Origin: Octopus vulgaris
Taxonomy: Eukaryota
DNA: 64,000 nucleotides
NCBI GenBank assembly: GCA_951406725.2
Contig: OX597814.1
Location: 111,352,001 to 111,416,000, forward strand
Direction of reading: 5' to 3'
Below, piece after piece: positions 55,662 to 64,000 of this stretch. Within the stretch, counting starts at the first letter, position 1. Each line of letters begins with the position of its first letter. The position numbers and the translations under genes were made by a program. The notes below the pieces were generated by a model that ran no database searches, was not told the origin of the DNA, and was given only the letters and a program-made list of their open reading frames with translations.

Positions 55662-57547
55662 TCCATACATCATCCTTTGATGCACCTGGACACATCAATC
55701 ATTGATATTTTCTGGGGTCATAAGGTGTTTCAGCTCTTTCAACATCAGACACCATCACCCATGTAACCCAACCAGGGTTGATCAAGCCCCATCTGCTGTC
55801 CAGTTAGTACTACCCTTGGTAGCACTACCCCTTCCAGGGCTCACATCTCCTTTTCCACAGCTACGTTACATCAGGCTCAACTGCTTCCATAACCAGTCTG
55901 ATAGCCTTCAGCCTACTGGCCCCTGTCGTGCCTTATTTGCTAGCCACTGATTTTGGCATAGCCCTACCTGCTCAGCATATTCCCTTATTTTCATGTCGAT
56001 GTCTGTGTGTCTTTCATACACTTTTGTGGTATCATCATCATCATCATCGTTTAGCGTCCATTTTCCATGCTGGTATGGGTTGGATGGTTTGACTGGGTAC
56101 TGGTAAGCCAGGGGGCTGCACCTGCTCCAACCTGTTCTGGCAATGTTTCTGCAGCTGGATACCCCACCAACCACTCCGAGAGAGTAGTGGGTGCTTTTTA
56201 TGTGCCACCAGCATGGAAGCCAATCAGGTGGTACTAGCATCGGCCATGTTTGGATGGTGCTTTTTACGTGCCAATTGGGGAAGGGGAACTGGCATTGACC
56301 ACGTTCGGATGGTGCTTTTTAGGTTCCACCGGCACGAGGAGCCAGTCAGGGGGCACTGGCAACGACCCATGCATGGGTATATTAAGAAAACACAAAAAAA
56401 AACAGTCTGGAGAAAGGCACTCTTTAGGAATTTCAAGCTTAGCAAATATTCTTCACAAGTACACATGCACCTACATGTGGGGAGATTCAGTACATACCAT
56501 TTGTTACCATTAGAAGGTAATACACAGAAGTAGGACAAGGTGCAGCAACAAAAAGCTGTTTTTTAAAACTTGTCAGTGAGAATAGTATAGCTGTAGCATT
56601 GGCTATGAGAACAATGCAGTTGGCCAATTGAAATGATAAACCTGACACAACCATCTTGAACCAGCTACCTTAATGTCACATCAATTTTACTATTACTCTT
56701 ATTACTCATTTAAGTCATTTGACCGCGGCCATGCTGGAGCACTGCCTTGAAGGGTTCTAATTGAAGAAATCGACCCCAGGACTTATTCTTTGCAAGCCTT
56801 GGTCTTGTTTGCCGAACCATTAGGTTATGGGGACATAAACACACCAGCATCTATTGTCAAGCAATGGTGGGGGTACAAACAGACACTCACACACACACAT
56901 AAATAAATACTTATATGTAGGTGTGTGTGTGTCTGTGTTTGTCCCCCCAACATTGCTTGACAACCGATGTTGGTGTGTTTACATCCCCATAACTTAGCAG
57001 TTCAGCTAAAGCGACCTATAAAATAAGTACTAGGCTTATAAAGAATAAGTCCTGAGGTCAATTTCTTTGTGACTAAAGGTGGTGCTCCAACGTGGTCGCA
57101 ATCAAATGACGGGCTTCTTTCCCATCTTCCAAATCCACTAGCAAGGCTTTGGTCAGCCCGAGGCTATAGTAGAAGACACTTGCCCAAGGTGCCACACAGT
57201 GGGACTGACCCTAGAACCATGTGGTTGGGAAGCACATATGCAGAATTCTCTGTCTGAAAAGCCTTGCAACATATTCAAGATATTTGCATAGAACTTGAAG
57301 AATTAGCTCTATTAGTAAACATCAGAGGCAGAAATAGATTCGACTGTAAAGAGGGTGGTCATGGTGGAATTACTATGTAGAATAATGAGAATGTAACCGT
57401 AAAATCCAGTTTATGATGCTGCATACTGATGATATATACAGTATATACACCCACTATATAAATGCTTAGAATTATGGTGCAACTGTTGAGGAGAAGAGAT
57501 TTGGAATGACACTAGAAAAATGTATTAATCAAAGTGAATCAACTTAC

Positions 57548-57748
57548 CATTGATTTTCTTTCCGGCATGTCATTCTTCTGAATGTTAAATAGCCAGAATG
57601 TCACATTCTCCGAGGAATGACACAGCATGAGTTCAAAGACAAGCAAAATTTCTGTTTGACCTCATGCTGTTTTTTGAAAAAATGATGTTCTGCCCAGCAA
57701 GAGCTGGCACACTCTGGATATCTGCTTCATGAATAATGTAGAAATTAT
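57548..57748 (-). other. Candidate spliced exon (201 nt), possibly containing a start codon
   Basis: Branch-like CTAAT, ctgtcttcccattgtAG acceptor, ATG|gtaagt donor; all frames have a stop; the phase-0 frame ends MLCHSSENVTFWLFNIQKNDMPERKSM. Confidence 0.55.
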
Positions 57749-57814
57749 CTACAATGGGAAGACAGATTAGTTCTATGTTCTTCTACAAGTTTCTCTGACC
57801 ATAATATTTTAGAA

Positions 57815-58110
57815 TTGTTGTTGTTTGTTCCTTCTCGAGCCATGGCTAGCTCATAAGGGCTGGTTTCCCAGTTTCAGTGGCGTAGAGGTTCCCCACCTGG
57901 ATGGGATGCTGGGCCATCACAGGTGAACTGCTAGATGCAGAAGGAAAGAGTGAGAGAAAGTTGTGGCAAAAGAGTCTGCAGAAATTCACCATTACCTTCT
58001 GCCCAAAGGTGTTTCGCTCATAAACACACACTTCGCCCAGTCTGCAAGTCGAACCTGCGATCCCTCGACTGCAAGCCTGCTGCTCTAACCACTAGGCCAT
58101 GTGCCTCCAC
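57815..58110 (-). mobile_element. tRNA-derived SINE with family D-like head and a third tail type
   Basis: TGGCCTAGTGG A-box, GGTTCGACTTG B-box, TGAGCGAAACACCT body, CCTGTGATGGCCCAGCATCCCATCCAGG segment, (AAC)n tail. Confidence 0.75.
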
Positions 58111-61100
58111 AATATTGTAAAATTAACAGTAATTAATTCAAATAACTGTAGCTCAGCACCTCATAAGAAGCTCTCTTTGTTCAGTTTGAATTTCTACAAG
58201 TCTCAGTACAAATTAAGAAAAAGATCTCCAAACTAAAATGGCTCAGAATTCTCTCAAAGCACTGGTATGAATCTGACTCAATTTCTATAAGGAATGTAAA
58301 GTGTATTTGTAAATATGATTCCCACAAAACATAAAATTTTTCTTGAAATGAAGAACAATGGTTTCAAATCACTTAGATGAGCAAACACCCTCTAACAGTG
58401 CAAAACCCAGTTAAGAATGACCTATTTTGGAATTTTAAATGAAATATGATATCCCCATTAAAATAACGGAATAGTAAAAAAAATATTGAGGCTGGGAGAA
58501 ACAAAATACAACTTAGATGACTTCTACAGATTTTCATGCCAAACTGCTTTAGTGCAAAATAAACAAGCCATTGGTTGAAAAAAAGGCACTTCGTTCACAT
58601 TTGACACTCAAGCGTGAAGTAACGTATTGAATGGCCGATTTGATTGCAATGTCTTGACCTAAGGCAGCAAGCTGGCAGAAATGTTAGCATGCTGGGCAAA
58701 ATGCTTACTGGTATTTTGTCTGTCTTTATGTTCTGAGTTCAAATTTCACCGAAGTCGACTTTGCCTTCCATCCTTTGAGGGTCGATAAGTTAAGTACCAG
58801 TTGCATACTGGGGTCGATCTAATCGACTGGCCCCCTCCCCCAAAATTTCAGGCCTTCTGCCTAGAGTAGAAAAGAATATCTCAACCTCACTGGTACACAT
58901 GCAAATAGATAAATCAACAGGGTGCTTGAACCCTTCAGCTGTTTATTGAGTAGTGATGGCCATTAGTGTGAAAGATGTAACCTCTGCTATAAATAAAATG
59001 AACTTGGAGCCAGCAACAAGCCTCCATGGTTTACTGATAGTTAACCTTAAAAAAAAAAAACCCTGCATTTCAACTTTCGATGATGATGATGATAACACTT
59101 GTAAACTGCCCCTGAAAAATGGTTATAGTAAATAGTTCATGTTTGGGTGAAAATTTTCTGATAATGTTACATCATAATTTGATTGCATACCATTTTATTA
59201 GGTGAAATGAATTTTCATCACTCTGTAAAGTGGTTGGCTTTAGGAAGGGCATTCAGCCATAGAAATCATGCCAAAACAGATATGGAACCTGAACAGCCCC
59301 TCAGCTGGTCAGCTCCTGTTAAACCCATGCCAGCATGGAAAATGAATGTTTGATGATGATGATGTCAGTGAACAAAACTTTCCTTAGATTGAATTTTTCA
59401 TTTTCCAGTTTGCTTTCTTAATGAAAGTACATATTTGCTAAGAGACCACATCTTACATTTATGAATACTCACAGATACATACACATCATTTATTCAAACT
59501 CACACTCTGTTCAGACTCACTTGTATGGGAAATACACTTTACAGATTCACTTGCATAGAGATTAGAAACAAACCATCTGTACAGACTCAGTTGTAGGGAC
59601 ATCCATACACTTAAAGCTATTCTTGATGCACACTTCACTAACTGAACATTCTTTTACAACATTCCAGTAGAGGAATGTCGACTTCATCTAATCATCTACT
59701 ACTTGTCATTCATGAACATTGAACTCTTTTTTCTTTCTGATTACGTGGCTTACTTAGCCAAACTTAACATTTAACCTGAACTCACATTTCATAACAATGA
59801 TATAAAAACCTAATTACCATCTACAAGCTTCTTTTTGCCACTCTTGCTGATCACAGTCAACAGTAGGAGCAAATAGAAAATACTCTCTGTCGGATACTTT
59901 TTTCAGAAAAAAATATTTCTATTAATTGCATTCAGTATTTATTTTCTATGTCATCATAGATATATATGGAGTAAAGATTTTTTGCCAACATAACATGGCA
60001 ATCCTGGTTTAGGATGAATGTTGCTGTAATTTAGCTCCAGGAGACATCATCTCCAGCTGGCTATATGACACGATCTGTGTCCTTATATTTTCAAACAAGG
60101 AAACCTAGCACCCCCCCCCCCCACTCAGCTCAATTACAGCAACATTTGTCCTAAACCAGGACTGCCATGTTATGTTGGCAAAAAATCTTTACTCCAAAGT
60201 ACTGTTGCTGAATATCTCTTGTTGTGAGATTTAAAAATAGTTATTTTCACAGATATATATATTTTGTACTTGACTATTTGTCTTGTCCATAACAGAAGAA
60301 GCAGAGCAGATGCTAGAGTGATAGATCTATCACTTTAGCTTTACATATTACCAAGACCATAAACTGGGTTACCATAGAGAAACCAATATCGTAGCCTTGG
60401 CCAGTACCCCCTGACTGGCTTCCCTGCCGGTAGCACATAAAAAGCACCATCTGAACGTGGTTGATATCAGGTCCGCCTGACTGGCTACAGCGCCAGTGTT
60501 ACATAAAAAGCACCAACCGAACATGGCCAATGCCAGTACCTCCTGACTGGCTCCTGTGCTGGTGGCATGTAAAAAGCACCCACTATGCTCTTGGAGTGGT
60601 TGGTGTTAGAAAGGGCATCCAGCTGTAGAAACATTGCCAGATCAGATTGGAGCCTGGTACAGCCGCTGGCTCTCCAAACCTGTCAAACCGTCCAACCCAT
60701 ACCAGCATTGAAAGCAGATGTTAAACGATAATGATGATGAATTATCATAAGTGATACAGATTAGAATGTCCAGTTACAAACCACCTGGAAACTAGGGACA
60801 AGCTTAGCTGTTGAAGCCAATGTTAATCTCGACAGTCCTGATGGTGGTGGTGCTCCAACATGAACATGTAGTCAACAAGATGGAACAGTGAGGGCAAGTG
60901 CGAGCGTGAGGGAACTACTAACTGAATGTGTGTGAGGTTTTTTTTTATTTAATTTTTTTTTTACTTGTTTCAATCATTAGGCTGTGACCATGCTGGGGCA
61001 TTGCTTTGAGGAATTTTAGTTGAATGAACCGACACCAGTATTTTGTTTTTTAAAGCCTACTGCTTATTCTATCAGTCTCTTTACCGAACCACTAAGTTAC

Positions 61101-62022
61101 ATGGACATAAACACACTAACAGCAGTTGTCAAGCAGTGGTGAGACACACACAATGGTTTGCGTTTGCCAAATCCACTCACAAGGCTTTGGTTGGCCTGAG
61201 GTAATAGTATTAGACACTTACTCGAAGTGCCACACAATGGGACTGAACCCAGAACCAAATGGTTTGGAAGCAAACTTCTTACACTGACATGCTTGCCTCT
61301 GAATTTTATTTGTATGTGTGTGTGTGTGTCATCATTGTCGTTTAGCATCCGCTTTCCATGCTGGCATGGGTTGGATTGTTTGACTGGGGACTGGCAAACC
61401 AGAAGGCTGCACCAGACTCCAATCTGATCTGGCAGTGTTTCTACAGCTGGATTCCCTTCCTAACGCCCACTACTCCAAGAGTGTAGCGGGTGCTTTTTAC
61501 ATGCCACCAGTACAGGAACCAGTCAGGCAGCACTGGCATTGGCCATGTTCGGATGCTGCCTTTTGTGTGCTACTGGCACAGGGGCCAATTGGGGCGCGGA
61601 GGCTGGGGAATATGTGTACATGTATATTATAAGAGTTTGACTCAGACCCATATCACTTAAAATTTTCATGGACATAGGGCATGTCCACCTCATCATGTGT
61701 TCAGACATCAGATGTCTCCAAACGCCTGATGAGGTAGACAGCTTTACGTAGAGCTGAGTCAGACTGTTTTTAAATACATGCAACTCCTGCCAAATATATC
61801 AAGTACTAATTCCTTTCGTTTGTTCCCTTTCTTCTGTGTGTGTGTGTGTGTGTACAAATCATCATCATCATCATCATCATCTATGTGCTGTCATTGAAAA
61901 GTAGCCTTTGGAAATTGAAAGTGACCAGATACAAGAAGAAGTGGTGATATTAGTTCTCAAGTTGCACAGCTTTACAGAAGAGATAACAGAAAACAGATGA
62001 TTCTTTATATGTAGGGGTGCTG

Positions 62023-62232
62023 ACCGAAACGTGTTAACAACAAACAAGATGAGGACAAATATCCATCAATTGTAAATAATGTATATGTATATGTATATCG
62101 AAAAATATCTTAGGAATGAGAACCCAGGTTCGAAATTTCCCAAAGACACCTGGTGAAGGCTGGAGGGTATATCAACCGAAACGTGTTAACAACAAACAAG
62201 ATGAGGACAGATATCCATCAATTGTAAATAAT
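62023..62232 (+). mobile_element. Partial tandem copy of the HHR element body (no tRNA head)
   Basis: 58-bp direct repeat at 62023-62080 and 62175-62232 (1 mismatch), period 152 bp; mutated core CTGGTGA. Confidence 0.8.
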
Positions 62233-62249
62233 TTGTGTATGTATATATA

Positions 62250-62410
62250 TGAGGGTGCTGAAAAGAATGTTCAGTTAATTATGATTTTATTCAACATATT
62301 CCCCTCTCAGATTCACATACTTATTTCAGTATTTCTAAGAACTCGGATGGTTGGACCACCAACCAGGCCTTTTGCGATAACCTTAAAGCAAGGAACTTTT
62401 CAGCACCCCA
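62250..62410. mobile_element. Mariner-derived MITE
   Basis: GGGTGCTGAAAAG / CTTTTCAGCACCC termini; minus strand KYVNLRGEYVE*. Confidence 0.7.
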
Positions 62411-63051
62411 TCATTTATATATATGTGTGTGTGTGTGTGTGTGTGATGAGTTTACGCATATATGTTTAATATGGGATTTTTTTTTGTTCTTTTAGCTCAT
62501 ACACATTGTTTTCACACTTCATCGAGCTCAAATCAAAATGAAGGAAAGAAAAATCCAAATGAAAATGACAAAGGTTTGTAAAATTTTTTCATAAAACCTC
62601 ATTTGTACGTCACTTTGTATTCCATTTCCAAATTTTCTGCTCATTGCAAAGAACTTGTTTATAATTTTCTCTCTATGACATGGATTTCATTCAGTATAAT
62701 TGTAATTACAAATTGTTGTGTAACTTAACAAGGAAAATAAAAACACACACAATATTTTAAATGAAATTTTGTAGAACATGAATTGTAATTTGTTTCAATA
62801 GATCACACCAAAATATTGATTGTGCAATCTAAAAGAAGGTGGAGGAGGTGACGATTATCTAATTTAGATGGCTTAACCCATCAGTATTCAGATTACTTTG
62901 TCAAATTTAATGCTTATTTATTCGCATTGCTTTGAATTAATCATACATAATCTTAAGATTTTGATGATGTGGTAATTTATCTTTAGAATGGTGTGAGAGG
63001 CCAGATCTGGTCACGTTGAACATAAAACAAATAGAATGTTTTAGGTGGATA

Positions 63052-63700
63052 TCATCATCATCATTTAATGTCCGCTTTCCATACTGGCATGGGTTGGATG
63101 GTTTGACTGAGGACTGGTGAGCCAGAGGCTGCACCAGGCTCAGTCTGATCTGGCAAAGTTTCTACAGCTGGATGCCCTTCCTAATACCAACCACTCTGAG
63201 AGTTTTGTGGGTACTTTTACGTGCCACAGGCATGAGGGCCAGTCAAGCGGTTCTGGCAACGACCATGCTCTAAAGGTGTTTTTTACATGCTACCTGCACA
63301 GGAGCCAATCTGGCAGCACTGGCAACAATCATGCTCGAATGTTGTTTTTCATGTGCCAGCAAGGCAACACTGGCAACGAGCATGCTCGAATGGTGCTTTT
63401 CGTGTGTCACTGGCATGGAAGCCAATCCGTGACCCTAGCAATGATCATGCTTGGATGCGCTTTTAACATTCCACTGGCACGATAGCCAATCAGATGGTAC
63501 TGTCATCGGGCACGTCAGCGTTCTTTACACTTGCCTCAATAGGTCTTCACAAGCAAAGTTCATTGTCCAATGAATGAGGGGTACTCATAAGTGGGTTGGT
63601 TACACCCCATGTTCAGATGTGCTTTTAACGTTCCACTGGCACGAGTACCAATCAGGCAGTACTGTCATTGTCCATGTCAGCGATTTTGATTTGGTTGGCT
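63052..63700 (-). mobile_element. Long family A copy with about 5-6 internal tandem units
   Basis: (CAT)n tail, core motif, then repeated CACTGGCAAC(G)A(C)CATGCTCGAATGGTGCTTTT units. Confidence 0.8.
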
Positions 63701-64000
63701 TAAATGTTAAAAAGTTAATCTATACTTATACAAAATTGTGTAATTTGTCAGATGGGGAGAAAAACTGTTACTTAATGGAAAGGAAATGTTAAAACTGTTC
63801 AGAACTGAAGATATCTTAAATGGAATGATTACTTTTAAATTGTAAAAATGGTAAAATACAAAGTAGGGGTTAGGTTGAGAAGTTCTATGAGGCATCATTA
63901 ATCTTTTCCTTGTTTCAATCATTAGACTGTGGCCATGCTGGGGCACCGCCTTCAGGAATTTTTTGTCAGATGAATCGCCCCCAGTCCTTATTTTTTTTAA

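Noticed and set aside
57548-57748. In-frame TGA as selenocysteine or readthrough
   Set aside because: No SECIS or homology evidence; an upstream ORF in a 5' UTR is simpler.
61724-61770. CTGATGAG as a hammerhead core
   Set aside because: No GAAA or stem III follows; CTGATGA near 46014 and 34354 fails for the same reason.

Overview
AT-rich, repeat-saturated animal genomic DNA, most likely a cephalopod such as Octopus (inferred from recognising the SINE families, not from a search). There is a 100-N scaffold gap at 44186-44285. No host protein can be named; only a few candidate spliced exons are visible. The window holds dozens of SINEs from at least five families, a near-intact APE-RT LINE (38005-41290, minus, one frameshift), a 5'-truncated Naiad-type Penelope-like element (PLE), relics of RTE, HERO/R2-like, CR1-like, mariner and Helitron elements, several MITEs and a 2 kb (TA)n field. 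The most interesting signal is about 11 type-I hammerhead ribozyme (HHR) motifs with very short or palindromic stem III. Three belong to one family, two copies of which fuse a tRNA-derived Pol III head to the HHR-bearing body, with stem II covariation; the third is a partial tandem. This may be a PLE-dependent, self-cleaving SINE/retrozyme system. A tRNA-SINE sharing its 3' tail with the adjacent LINE is also directly visible. All coordinates were read by eye; boundaries of old relics are approximate.
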